A stretch of 64,000 nt of DNA, from assembly GCA_963693365.1 (NCBI GenBank), contig CAVNZM010000008.1, forward strand, positions 2,232,001 through 2,296,000. The letters are read 5' to 3'. The stretch is from Amoebidium appalachense (Eukaryota > Protista > Ichthyosporea). Made by a program: the position numbers and the translations under genes. Below the pieces are notes generated by a model. That model was not told where the DNA came from, did not search any database, and saw nothing but the letters and a program-made list of their open reading frames with translations. This document shows, one piece after another, positions 1-34,140 of this stretch. How positions within the stretch are numbered: position 1 is the stretch's first letter; each line of letters begins with the position of its first letter.

Positions 1-73
1 GAGCTAATATTAACTGAGAATATGCCGCAGCTTTACATGCCTGTGCATTCAAATCGTGGGACAAAAAAGGGGG

Positions 74-111
<38 letters not shown>

Positions 112-586
112 GATGGAAAGATTATATTAAAGGAATACGGTATCGTGCAGATCACCACGCAGCTGCATGCCTTGGGCTTTCTGAATCATATACATTCAAA
201 TAAACTTCTCACCAACCCCCTTAAGAATATGTGCACGAGTTTTTGTTAGAATCTTTTTTAACAGGTTACTAAGTTAGACGTTGAAATACGATAAAACGAC
301 CAAGTGCTCGTTGTGCGTAACAACATGGGGTGGGAAAGGCAACTACGTCGCTCATGCATGCAAGAGTACAGAAGCAGAAACGATTCGACGGTGCTAGAGC
401 TTGATTTAACACAATCTGGCATTGAAGGATAAACTTATGCCCACACTACCAACACTCAGGCAGTCGATACATGGCCATAACCAACAAGAAAGGCAGGGGG
501 AGGAGGAGGAGGAGGAGGAGGAGGGGGGGGGGGGGGGGGGGGGGGGAGGCAAAAAAAGTACAAGGCGAAAAAACAAAAACCAACAC

Positions 587-11750
<11,164 letters not shown>

Positions 11751-12079
11751 ATGTCAACTTCACGGTAAAACACGAGACTCCTAACGGTATCCTCATGTCA
11801 CACAAGGTCACGAAAACGCCATGACATTCAAAGCAGTTACACGTGCTATATTTGCAGGTTTGCTGACGCCAACAAACTCAGCATGTTGGTGTTTTTGGTG
11901 CCCGTAAGTTGCACTTGGTTCCAGAGTCAGCTCCTCACAACACAACCCACCTGTTCCCGGACGTTTGCCATCTCAACTCCTTTTTGTGTTGTGTCATTTC
12001 CATTGGGACATTATTCTTTTTTTGGGCACCAAAAGAGATAATTTCACAAAATACAGAGAAATTTTCGTTTTAAATCGCA
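11751..12079. promoter_or_regulatory. Bidirectional promoter region (PNUTS-like gene / NDUFA12)
   Basis: Only 329 bp separate the divergent ATGs at 11750 (-) and 12080 (+). The region is free of microsatellites. Confidence 0.55.
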
Positions 12080-12529
12080 ATGGAGCTTTCCCGTGCCCTT
12101 TGCGAAGCCCAAACCAAGCTCCACCGCATGGGTGGTGTGCGTGGGTTTCTTTACAAGCTCATGACGACCAAAGACTACCGCGCGGGCACCCTTGTGGGCA
12201 CGGACGCAAACGGCAACAAGTACTACGAAGACCCCGGCTACATGTTTCTCCGTGACCGCTATGTTGAGTATTCTGACCCCCAAAACCCTGACCCTGAGTC
12301 GATCACCCCCGATTGGCACCGTTGGATTCACCACACAACAGACATCCCGCCCACTGTCAAACCCGTTCACAAGCCGTTTTGGGTGAGGGATTCGGAACCT
12401 GGTGACAAGAGCGCTATGGAGAGAACCCCAAAGCATGTGCCTCTGAAGGAGTTTCATGCGAAATATGGGAAGATAGAGCCGTGGGAGGAGGAGAAGAAGG
12501 CACCTCACAGCGAGGGACTGCAGCTGTGA
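12080..12529 (+). CDS. NDUFA12: NADH:ubiquinone oxidoreductase subunit A12 (B17.2), single exon
   Basis: 149-aa ORF with family motifs GTLVGTDANGNKYYED, RDRYVEY and ITPDWHRWIHHTTDIPPT. Confidence 0.95.
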   Translation: MELSRALCEAQTKLHRMGGVRGFLYKLMTTKDYRAGTLVGTDANGNKYYEDPGYMFLRDRYVEYSDPQNPDPESITPDWHRWIHHTTDIPPTVKPVHKPFWVRDSEPGDKSAMERTPKHVPLKEFHAKYGKIEPWEEEKKAPHSEGLQL

Positions 12530-13792
12530 TTGATATTCGTACGAGCTCACGTCATCTGTATCCGGACCCTACATATGGTCCTACCTGTTTGGGAATGATT
12601 ATATGTTATGGCGACCCGTAAAGCCCGTGTTATGTATTGTTACATTGAGTTCTTTTTTCGGCGAGTCTCTCTCTTGTCACTCTACTGCTACGGTAAAATA
12701 AAAGACGAGTACAGAAAGAGTACGTGCGTTTTGTGTGCATGTGCGTGATGTCTGGGTATCAGAGATAAGGATGAGCCAGCGTGTAATAGTCTGCCGTTTC
12801 ATGCCCCACCACCACCACCACCACCACCACACAAACAAACCCAAAAAAAAAAAAAAAAAAAAAAAAAAAACATTGAGTGGCAAACGTTTAAGAGTGACTT
12901 TTTAAGCGGCAAGTGCAGGTGGGCCCCATCCCGCTCTTTTTTTGATACCTCCCCCTTGTCTTTTGAATGATAAGTTTGGAAAACAATAAACATATCATGT
13001 GGCTGTTTTTTGCTCTGGTGGTGTTGGTACGTGGTGGTGGCGGCGGCGGCGGTTGGGGGGGGAGGGACATGTTGCAAGAATTGTGGGTCGTGCTTGCTTT
13101 TATTAGCTGTTTGCCTGCGCATTATCCCACCTTAGCGAATTAAAAGTTGGAGCAAGTTCGCCCCAGATAATATCTGTCCTGCAATACTGTTCATGGTTCA
13201 CATAAAGCAGAACAGAACATGCTGGTCCCAAAGAAGTTAGCATATCTGGCTGGCAGCCAGCACAAAAATGAGAGGCAAAAGGGTGGGTACGTGGCAAAGG
13301 CAGCAATATCAGTAATGTCCTTACATACGTGGCACGACGTTAACCACATGATATCAAGGGTGTAACCATTCTTTGAACAAGATTTACCGTAGGCCACGGT
13401 GTCACGCTGTAAAATTTTTGCCACGGCCCTTGTTCCTTGCAAGTATCCTCCCTCTCACTCAATTTTCACACACACACCGCTTAACACACATACACCGCCA
13501 ATTTTTCGGAATCACAGAATTGGCAAGGGGAATGCCTTTGTGGTTATGATGTGCTGGTTGCAATAGCAGCCCCATGGTGAACCTAAAGGTATTGAAGATG
13601 TGTTGAGGCACACTCTTACCAGATGGTGATGTCTGTTGATAGAGAACCACATCCGACTAGTAGATCAGCTCATGCTGCATGATTGACGTTACTTTTACCT
13701 TGAAACTCCGACCGTAAAACCGTAAAACCGTAAAACACATAGTAAAACATGTACTCATGACTTGGACACCTGACCAAAAATCTAAGATAAAA

Positions 13793-14134
13793 GCTGCAGT
13801 CTACTAGCTCATCTTCCCATTCTCTCCACCCCCCCTCCCCTCCCCTCCCGCCAACGGTTCTCTAACACCCCCCCCCCGCCCCCCTTTCTTATGTCCCGCG
13901 CCCCCCTACCTTCCCTCTCCCCCTTCCCTGTGGACTTGACATCCGTTTTGACCCGACGTGTGCTGCCGTCTACTAGCTCATCTTCCCATTCTCTCCACCC
14001 CCCCCACCACCCCCTCCCGCCAACGGTTCTCTAACACCCCCCCCCCCCCGCCCCCCTTTCTTACGTCCCGCGCCCCCCTACCTTCCCTCTCCCCCTTCCC
14101 TGTGGACTTAACATCCGTTTTGACCCGACGTGTG
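13793..14134. repeat. Tandem duplication, 2 x ~170 bp
   Basis: GCTGC(A/C)GTCTACTAGCTCATCTTCCCATTC...GACCCGACGTGTG occurs twice head-to-tail. Confidence 0.9.
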
Positions 14135-14374
14135 TGAAGAAGCAAGCCAGCACCTCCTCCCCTCCCCCTGCCATTCACGGCCACCGCCCTCCCTCCACAA
14201 CTTAAACCCAACCTCTTTGTAAGGTACCCTTTCAGCCCAAATAACCGGTACCTTTAAACCACGCAACCAAAACCCAGGGCCATGCATCACAGAGTTCATT
14301 CTTTCAAATAAGTTCTAGTCTTTGTGCACGCTGTTAGGCTGGTTCCCTTGCGTTACATGTGCACAGGTGGGAGA

Positions 14375-14501
14375 TTCAAGTTCAAGCTCTTCCCAATGTC
14401 TCCTGAAACAGATGTTGAAGGCCATGCAGAGCAACTATTTCAAGTCCAAGCTCTTCCCAATGTCTCCTGAAACAGATATTGAAGGTCATGCAGAGCAACT
14501 A
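14375..14501. repeat. Tandem duplication, 2 x ~63 bp
   Basis: TTCAAGT(T)CAAGCTCTTCCCAATGTCTCCTGAAACAGAT(G/A)TTGAAGG(C/T)CATGCAGAGCAACTAT occurs twice. Confidence 0.9.
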
Positions 14502-15598
14502 TAATAAAAAACTTTGTGACCGGCCAGTTTTTGTTACACCTATTTTTTGCCTCGAAAGCACAGAGTTGTTGAACGTTTGAGTGAGCAGCTGGCGTGTGGT
14601 GTCGGTGTGGGTCTCCGGTAAGTCTGGATGCAGGTCGGCAAAAAGCCAAGTACAAACCCAGGTTCTGATTGGGCCATCTGTTAGATAGATCGGTAGGCAA
14701 TTACAGCGGCGGAGTTGTGGCGAAACGCTGGCCACGGACTGGTGACACATAGGTGCTAGCTCTAAGAACCTGAAAAGACACATAAAAAATATAATCTTGA
14801 TTCACACAAACATATATTTAAATTTATATCTCGTAAATGAGCCAGCTCAGGGCAGTGGTGTGGGCCGGCCGCCGCAGCGCCACGGCAGTGGGCAACTCCC
14901 GAGTCCCGGCAATATCAGCACGCACATTCCACCGTTTCATTAGTTTCATATCACACACTCATATAGCCGCTCACGATTTGGGTGCTTTCTGCTCGCCTGG
15001 GCACGTGTTTCCGATTCGATCATTTATCTCGCGCGGTCAATCGTGTTGACTCACACGTACCCCGCCGTTTGGTGTGTATTCTTCGCCCGTTTGTGCCTTT
15101 ATTTTCCGCTCGTTTTTCTCTTGTTTGGTAATAGCTTCGCCCATCTTCTGGGTCGAAAGTAAGAAGCTGCCTCGTTAGGCTGAGGCGGGCCTGAAACGTT
15201 GCGGTTTATCCTTAGTAAGTGTATTAGCGTGCCAACCCAAAGGAGTCTGTGTTAGGGCAATCTGCCGTTTTTTCTCTGCCAACGTTCTTGGTAGCAGGTA
15301 AATACATAACAAGCAGCTGACGTGAAAGATCACCGGAGCGAGGGGTTTCTGTTTCATATAAACAATTTGATATTTTGGGTGGAGCACTATAGGGGCTGGT
15401 TAGATCTTTGCTCGAGAGGCTGGTTGTAAAGTCCTTACAGAATACCCATTGCCTGGTGTGGAAGGATTTTGCTTACATCGCTTGTCGTGTGAGTGAGGGA
15501 CTTTATTATTGCGGTGGTAAAAGAACAGCATCAAGCCAAGTATTAACTTTTTTTCCCCCCCTGCGTTTTCAGGTTTTCTGGAGTAGGAAGTGTCGAAG

Positions 15599-17452
15599 AT
15601 GAAGATCATAGACAAGATCAACAAGAAGGTGCAGGAGGGGGAGCCCTTCTACTCCTTTGAGTTCTTCCCTCCAAGAACCCCGGCGGGTGCAGTCAACCTG
15701 CTCTCCCGGTTTGACCGTATGGCGCAGACCGACCCGCTGTGCATCGACATCACCTGGTACGTTTTGGTTTAGATAAGACATCTCTGCAATGAATAGCTCA
15801 ATGAATAGCTGCTATGCATGCCTAATGTTCAGCACACGCAGGATTGGGGAACCAGTAAGGATTTTGGTATGTCATAGTGGCTAGATCATTGTCGGACATA
15901 AAAGGTTTCGTTATACACTGCATATCTTTATCTTCATCACATAGCAACGCAACGTAGTCCAATTATGCTGATGCGCGCCGATGCAGGTAAATAAAGACTC
16001 TGGCATTCAGAAAACCCTGCTCCTTGCCCCCCCCCCCCCCCCCCCCCCCCCCCGTTTTTTTCCCCCAATTGGTTTTATCTTTCTCCTTTTAAACTTTCTT
16101 TTTGCAGCCAGGTTATTGTTTCCATTCCAGTGCCTTTTCTCGACTGATGGAAAAATTTCATCATGCAGGGGTGCTGGTGGAGGCAATCCCTCCGACGTCA
16201 GCTCTGAGACCAGCTCTATGAACATTGCCGCTAACAGTGTCAATCTTTGTGGTCTGGACACCATGCTGCACATGACCTGCGCTAATACCACAAAGGTACC
16301 TTCACACACGCTGCACTTCTGTTAGGTTAAAAGCTCTGCACTTCCTTCATGTTCGAAATACTTGCTCGTGCTAGTTCAAGTTTTTCCATACTGGTGTTGG
16401 TCTGGACAATTGTGATAGAAATTTGCCGCTAACCCGCTGTATACTTTGCAGGACGAGATCACTCGGTATCTGCAGATTGCAAAGGATAACGGCATTCACA
16501 ACATCCTGGCCCTCCGTGGTGGTGTGTATCCCAAGTATGTGTTTGCACGTCTGTGACGGTTTGTGTGCTTCTTAAAAAGTCGGCTGAAAAGCTTATGGCT
16601 CGGTTTTCACATGCTTCGTTCGGATACCTGCCTGAATCTCAAGTTTTGCACGCACATTGTTGAGGGATGCTGATCTTTACTTCGGGCTAAATTACATAAT
16701 GTTGCAACGTGGATAATATCTGCATACATTATAGCCGTGGTCCCTCTGCTGCCTCCCCTTGCCCGACCGTTTTTTTTTTTTTTTTTTTTTTTTTGGCATA
16801 CCATCATATGTCCTGCCCCGTGTTTCTCTTCGTGTAGTCATGCCTAGTTATTAAACATGTACAGCATGTCAGCCTCCTTCACCACCACTGCAGCCGCACT
16901 CACACAAACAGGCACATACGGACACACAAACACACGTGCTCACACGTTTCAACCACAACTTGTGTGTTAGCTCTCACCGTGTGCGGTATATGCAGATCCC
17001 CCACCAGGGGAGGAGTGGAAGACCATTGAGAACGGCTTTGCCTATGGTGCCGACCTGGTCAGGCACATCCGCAACGAGTTCGGTGACTACTTTGGCATCT
17101 GTGTGGCCGGTACGTTCCCTTTTTCCTTTTTTTTATTCTTTTTTTTTTTACCTTTGTGTTCGGACGGAGAGGGGAGCAGCTAGCAATGACACCCTGCCCC
17201 TCTCCCATACGGGTGTGCGTGTGTGTGTGTGTGCGCGCGCACACACACACACACACACACACGTACAGTTAAAATACATGCACGTACAGTACACGCAATG
17301 CGCATTGCACACACACACACACACACATGCGCGCGTGCACGCACGTACACACGTACAGTACATGCACACACACGTACAGCCATAATACATGCACGTACAG
17401 TACACGCAATACGCATTGTACACACACAGACACAGACAGAAATAACACATAT

Positions 17453-17490
<38 letters not shown>

Positions 17491-17934
17491 ACAGTGCACG
17501 CAATACGCATTGTACACACACACACAGGCACAGACAGAAACACACGCATATGCGCGTGCACACGCACACACACACACAAACACACAATACACATGCGAGA
17601 TTGAAAGAGGACAAACTATAGCATCCCAGCACCACATCTCATGTTTGTTGTGTTTGTTCCAGGTTACCCCAGTGGGCACCCCGACTGTGTGTCGTATGAG
17701 GACGACATCAAGCACCTGAAGGAGAAGGTCGATGCAGGGGCTGACTTCATCATCACACAGGTGCGTGTGGATATTTATGCACGTCGACTTGTGTGTGGAC
17801 TCGTGTGGGCGAGCATGTGTGTGTCTGCGTGTGTGCATGTGTGTCTGTGTGTGTGTGTTCGAGCATGTGTGCACCCGCTTGTGTGGATGTGGCTCGCTTT
17901 GCGTGGATGTGGGTGTTTGTGGGAGCGGGTACAC

Positions 17935-18006
<72 letters not shown>

Positions 18007-18631
18007 ATCGAAGTCATTAAGTGCCCTGTAAGCAGTTGACAGAGACAGTTTTGTTGCAGTCATTTGCCCTTTCCACGTTGCTGGGGGGGTTACTCTGTAC
18101 ACAGTCTGAATACTATGCTTGTTGTTATGCACACCGTTGTTTTCCATGCACCCGGATATGCTGAAACCCATGCAGGCACACGTGTATGGGTGTGAACTGT
18201 GTGAAAGGCAGAGCCACACATACAAACACACATTCCCTTGGGCGCGCACACACACACGCACACACTTGCCCAACAAATCAAGACACATGTGAATTGCCAC
18301 CTTTGTGCTTTCCAAGCTGGTTTCGCACACAATCCCCAGTAATCAAACACGAACCAACCCTCCCTTTCTCCCCCCCAGCTTTTCTTCGAGAACAAGACGT
18401 TCCTTGATTTTGTTGCCGATTGCCGTCGGGCTGGTATCACATGTCCCATTGTGCCGGGCATTCTGCCCATCCAGGGCTATGCCTCCCTGCGCCACCTGTC
18501 CAAACTGTCCCAGATGACGGTCCCCCAGTGGATCGTTGATCGGATCGAACCGATTAAGGACGATGATGCTGCGATCAGGTGCAAAACTTTTTGTGTGTGT
18601 GTGTGTGTGTTTGTGTTTGTGTGAATAGAGA

Positions 18632-18668
<37 letters not shown>

Positions 18669-19159
18669 TCCTGCGGGCATGTGCACGTGTGTAATCGCTT
18701 GGCGTTAGTATGACTCGATATCGATTCCGCATTTACGTCACGACGAGGAATGCCCGCATGGACTTGGAGTTCACCTCTTTTTCCGAATACCGTCATGGAG
18801 TCACCTCTATATAGATTTCTGACCTTAGGGGGGCATGCAGGGAGGTTGGTATCGAGCTGTGTGTGCAGATGTGCCAGGAGCTGATGGCTGTCGGTGTGCC
18901 GGGGTTCCACTTCTACACCCTCAACAGAGAGGTGGCCACCATGGAGATCATCAAGCGTCTGGGTAGGTGCTGTGTGTGTGTGTGTGTGTGTGTGGATGTG
19001 GATGTGGGCTGGTATGTGCAGTCCCTTGTCTGTGTGCACTTTCTTGTGTGAGTGTGTGTGCATAACTTGTTTTGTGTGCCCGTGAACGTGTTTGAGTTCG
19101 TGAGGTACATGTGGCTGTGTTTGTTGGTTTGGTTTGCTTGCGTGTTCGTGTCGGTAATG

Positions 19160-19238
<79 letters not shown>

Positions 19239-21340
19239 AAAAACTGGTGTCTTGGAGTGTGTTGTAATGCACACTCACATTCAACATCGTTGTTGTTTCT
19301 AACATCCCCCCCTCCCCCCACCCCCCCCCCCCCCCCAGGTCTGTATGATCCCAACAAGAAGAAGGCCCGCAGCCTGCCATGGTAAGTACCTTCATAGGAT
19401 TTGGGCCATTGCTGCTTGTTGCTCTTCTGTTTTATGTATGCTTGCCGTGGGTTTTGCTTCTCCTACTTTTTTTCCGGCAGTGTTTTGTGGTGTTTATTTG
19501 ACCTGCGGGTGCTTTTCTCGTCGATTGGAGAGATGTGATTTGGTCATGGCCGACTTCACCTGATTGTTCTTCTTTTCACCTTTTTTCTTTTTTTACCGTC
19601 ACGCAGGAGGCAGTGCAATGCTACGCTCAAGAGAACTGGCGAGGAGATCAGGCCCATCTTCTGGGTACGTGATCACGTAACTGTGCAGTGCCCATACTGG
19701 AATAGAAACCCATAAAATGCTCTTTCTAATGTTGTTGTTTTTTTTTTTGGGGGGGGGGGGGGGGAGTCAGCCACCACGAGGCACGAATACCTGCGAGTAG
19801 CACTTTGCAACACCCGTGTATTATACCCACACACTTCCTTTTCTATCGTGACATGATATAAAAACACTTTTTGCACATACGTTGACACCCACACCTCGTC
19901 ACAATAAGCCGACCCGCCGCCACAAGCTCTACACCCGCACCATTCCTTCCAAACCTATCATTCATTTTTCATTTTGTCCCACCAGGCTGCACGTCCCAAG
20001 TCCTACCACCTGCGCACGAAGGAGTGGGATGACTTCCCCAACGGTCGCTGGGGGGACAGTTCGTCTCCGGCATACGGAGAGCTGTCAGACCACCACTTGT
20101 TCCACACGGCACCGCCACGCAAGGAGCTGATGAAGATGTGGGGGGACCAGTTGAATGCCGTGGATGACATTGCTAGTGTACGTGCTGAATGTGTGTGTGT
20201 GTGTGTTGGCTGCGGCGGAAGGGGGGGGGGGGGTCGGTGGGGTGGGGAGGTGCGAGGGGGGGGGGGGGGGGGGGGGGGGATTCGTGTGGAAGGGGGTGGG
20301 TGGTTGGGTGTTTGTGTGCTTGGAAAGGTGTATGGGTTGGGGAAGGGGGGGGGGGGGGGGGTGAAGGGGTAGCATTTGCGCGATTAGGGGGGAGTTGGTT
20401 GTAGGTGTGTCTAGGAGGGTTTTTTGGGGGGAGGGGGCGGGGGGCAACAATCGTTTGTGGTTGTAGTTGGTGTTTTTTGGGTGGTGATGGTGGTGATGGG
20501 CGCACGGGGAGGGGAGGGGGGGGGGGGGAGTACAACAGAGTGTGTGTATGGTGGCAGTGAGCATGCAGGGTGCTGACTGGGGCGTTGCAGGTGTTTGTCA
20601 AGTACCTGTCTGCTGACCCGGTCGTCACCCGCCTGCCCTGGAACGATGACCCCCTGGCTCTGGAGTCACAGCTGGTGCGTGCACTCAGATACACACTCAC
20701 ACACATTTGTGAATGAAGTACACACAGACACACATACGTGCACACATACACAAGTACACGCTCACCCATGCATTCGTGCTCAGGCGCGCGCAGACGCAGA
20801 CACACACACAAGCACGTACTCTTGAACCCGATTCACCCCGTTTATATGTACAGTTACAATGGCATGACGGTACCACGCTAAGTTTATTACTCTTTCACCA
20901 TCGTGCATGTGTACATGAACCCCACACACACACTGCGCTGTCTGTGTGTATATGTGCCTTCTAAGCCACTTGCATGCGTCAACACGTGCACCCGTGCGCG
21001 TGCATCCATGGTGACGGAGGTTACGCGCACACTCGTGGCATATTTTCAATCCTCAACCTTCGAAGTAAGTAATGAAACACACTTTCTTTTTACGCATGAG
21101 GTTTTGTGTCTCCGCAAAGTTTATAGCGGTTTTAAAATTTCCCCTTTTCTCAATGAAATTACTCTAACCCCTGGGCCACAGATCATCAACCAGCTGCGCC
21201 TAGTCAACCGTCACGGCTGCCTGACCATCAACTCACAGCCGGCCGTCAACGGCGCCTCCTCCAGTGACCCCGTGCACGGCTGGGGTGGTGATGGCGGCTA
21301 TGTCTACCAGAAGGTATCGAACATGCACACACAAACACAT

Positions 21341-21371
<31 letters not shown>

Positions 21372-22113
21372 CGTCTTTTTTGTTCTGTTCTTTGCAGAGT
21401 GTTCATTGTGTTGCCGTTATGAATGTGTATTTTGTACTTTGTAACGCATTTCAATCTCCCCATCTCCCCTTAAACCCCCCCCCCCACCCCCACCCCCCGC
21501 CCCATCCACCTGCCCACCATTTTCCCCTTTCTCTCACCCATGTTCCTCTCTCTCCATCCATCCATCGCTCCCTTTGACACGGTTGCAAGTCTCTGCTATC
21601 TAGACAGCACCTAAACTGTCTTCTCGAGCCACTGATGCTACCATTTAGGAATGTAGCATTTAGCACTAATATTAGTAATGTTGGTTGTGTGTTGACTTTT
21701 GTCTCTCGCCCCTTTTCAGGCCTACATCGAGTTCTTTGTCAGCCCGGAGAGCTGGGGCCACCTCAAGGAGGTGCTGAAGGACTTCCCCTGGGTCACCTAC
21801 CATGCCATCAACAGAAAGGTGTGTGTGTGTGTGTGTGTGTGGCCGTCTTGCCTTTCTCCGTGCTTGTGGGCGTGCAGTGGGATGGTGCTATGTGCAAGGG
21901 TTGAGGGAGTGGGAGATGGCTTGTTTGTTTGTTTTTTTGTTTGTTTTTTGTTTCGGGAGGAGAATAGGCGGGTATCTCCCCTTCTGGCTTTCTGTGTTTG
22001 CGTGATATCGTGTCGTCAGTTAAAATGTATGCTGGTGTGTGAATGGGTAAACAGTTGCTGAGCTTTTGAGGTGTGACCCCACCTTGAGTACCTCTTATGC
22101 CAAAAACTGACAA

Positions 22114-22148
<35 letters not shown>

Positions 22149-22573
22149 GGGCCGTCCTCCTCCTCGTCCTCGTTCTCGTCCTCTCTCTGTCTCTCCCTCC
22201 CTCCCATCCGGCTTCCGGCCTCTTTCTTGAACAGGGTGAGGAGGAGAGGAACAAGGACGATGATGCACCCATTGCCGTGACGTGGGGTGTGTTCCCTAAT
22301 AAGGAAATCATCCAGCCAACAATCGTGGACCCCGTCAGCTTCCGCGTATGGAAGGTGCGTGGTGGTTTGGGTGTGTGCTGGTTTGGTTTTTGCACAAAAT
22401 GCACATGACATGTTAATGTGACCCAACTGGGCCAGCCCCTTCCCGTTATTGCCTTCTGTGTCTCCCGTATGCCGGTCCCTTCACCAGGCGTGTCCTGGGC
22501 TCCCTTCGCTGGTGGTTTGGGGGGCAGGGTACTGGATTATGTAGGTGTTTGTGAGAAAGAAGTGTGTGTGTGT

Positions 22574-22614
<41 letters not shown>

Positions 22615-23380
22615 TGTACGATCTGTGATAGGGCCAAGGCAGAAGGGTAATCGTTTGCGGCACTTGTCTGACTTTCTTCCTGCACGGTTCCTGGGCCTTA
22701 TTTGTTCACATGTCTGACGTGTTCCCTTCATCTACAGGACGAGGCATTTGGTCTGTGGACGCAGTGGAGCAACCTGTACGAGAAGGACAGTGTGTCAGCA
22801 AAGGTGATTGGCACCATCCAGGACTCATGGCAGCTGGTGTGCCTGGTCGACAACGACTATGTGCACTCAAACCTGATGGACGTGTTCACCGCCTACATCG
22901 CAAGGTGTGTATGGGTGTGTGTGTGCAAGGGGGGGAAGGGGGAGGGGGGTTGGTGGGTGGGTGCAGGGGTGTGTGCTTGTGTGCGTGTGGGTGGGTGGGT
23001 GCTTGTGGGTGGGTGTGTTTGTTTGTTTTTGCCGGCGGGGCGGGGGGGGGGGGGGGGGGGGGGAGGATATTCGACGGTGTCCTTTTGTGTGCGTGGGACT
23101 GGGCGGGGGGAGGGGGGGGGGGGGGGGGGGGGGCAGTTGATGGGTGTGGGGTTCATAGTTCTACTGTTGATCTGTACATGCCTGTCTATATTACTTCATA
23201 ACTCCAAAGGATAGCACAGCAGTTACCTGACCTCATCTCGCTCCTCCTCCTCTTGCTCCCCCCCCTCCCCCCCCCCCCCCTCTTTATGTATGGCTTGCAT
23301 TCTGCATCGTGTTATCCGTTTGTTCTTGTGTACTTCGTACTTTTTGACGCATTCAAAACCCCCCCCCCTCTTCCCCCCTT

Positions 23381-23416
<36 letters not shown>

Positions 23417-23481
23417 ACGGCTTTGAGGCTGTGCGTAACTCGGTGCTGCAGAGGCAAGCCTCCGGCGGTGTCGTGGCCTAA
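15599..23481 (+). CDS. MTHFR: Methylenetetrahydrofolate reductase (catalytic domain plus C-terminal SAM-regulatory domain), 16 coding exons
   Basis: Exons: 15599-15756, 16169-16295, 16452-16521, 16996-17109, 17663-17760, 18379-18578, 18841-18962, 19339-19381, 19607-19664, 19986-20177, 20591-20674, 21182-21313, 21720-21818, 22235-22354, 22738-22904, 23415-23481. All are GT-AG with consistent phases. Motifs: [80 protein letters not shown]. Probable 5'-UTR intron at 15159-15572. Confidence 0.97.
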
Positions 23482-24278
23482 GCACCTTCCTTAAATGCAT
23501 TAGGCATGTTACCATATTGAACGTGGTTGGCTCATGTATTGAGCACGTGCAGGCGTTTTCTCGTGTATGTTTTTTGGTTGCAGTTTGAACAGGGGGAGGT
23601 GTTTGTGTATAAGGATGAAATATGAGCTGTGTGCAGGCAGACGGCAGGGTTTTGTATTTGAGTGGGCAGGGCAGTGGTAGGGAACTGAATGACTTGGGGT
23701 GGCCTGTACAGGCGAATGGGTTGGAATCTGCTGGACGGATTAACGCGCCACCCTTTTTTTCCTCGCCCTCCCCTAGCCCCCTAGTTTTCTTTTGGTGCGG
23801 TAGTGTAGATAGTCGGATCTATAGCTCGCTTTTTTACATTCCGTTTCTTTTTGCGGTACTATATCTGTGTTTTCTACTGTGGTTTCTAATAATTCAATTC
23901 ATAAAATGAGAGAAATGCTATGCACCAAAAACTGATAGAAATAGTGTAGTACATGATAGCCCACCACATATCTGTGGCATTACATTGAAGTTTCTCTGTG
24001 CTGTGCACTGGGAAAGACTAAAAGAATAAATACTTTCTATGATCATTGGCATTGTGAAGGGGTCGGTGGCGTGTGTGGTAACGGTGAATTGGTGCTGTGG
24101 ATTATCACCGTCGTTTGTCTCTGAGATGTTGAAATTATGACATAATTACGGTAGGCCGCACGCTAACCCGCTATGTTACATGTAGCTATAGGGTTGATGA
24201 GAGGCAGCCACTGTGTGCATGTGTGGCACACATGTGTCGTGTCCACGTGTGTGTGTGGTTGGTGGAAGAGGGGAGAGG

Positions 24279-24309
<31 letters not shown>

Positions 24310-24419
24310 AGGGGGGGGGGGGGGGGGGGTATAGCTAGTTATATTAATTAGGAGTTGAAGGTCACAGTAACATATGTGGATATGTGTCATCTGTGTGTGG
24401 GTGGTGAAAGAGAGGGGAA

Positions 24420-24473
<54 letters not shown>

Positions 24474-24699
24474 TTGGGAGTTGTAGGTCACAGTGACAGC
24501 AACGTACATGCCATGCAGACGAGTACGTTGTGCAATTTACAGCGAGAAGTCCTTTGAGTATTTAGCTACAACTCAGGGGTGACCCTTTTTCTTGAACTGC
24601 TACTACTGGCCACGCACCAACACAAGCTTGAGAGTGAGCCCCGTGGTGTCGAGTGCTTATGTTGCAGACCGGTACACGTGCGTGCGAGTTGTTGCAGTC

Positions 24700-34140
<9,441 letters not shown>

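Noticed and set aside
13100-13700. Possible small minus-strand gene between NDUFA12 and MTHFR
   Set aside because: Splice-like signals exist, but no coherent reading frame or recognisable motif could be assembled.
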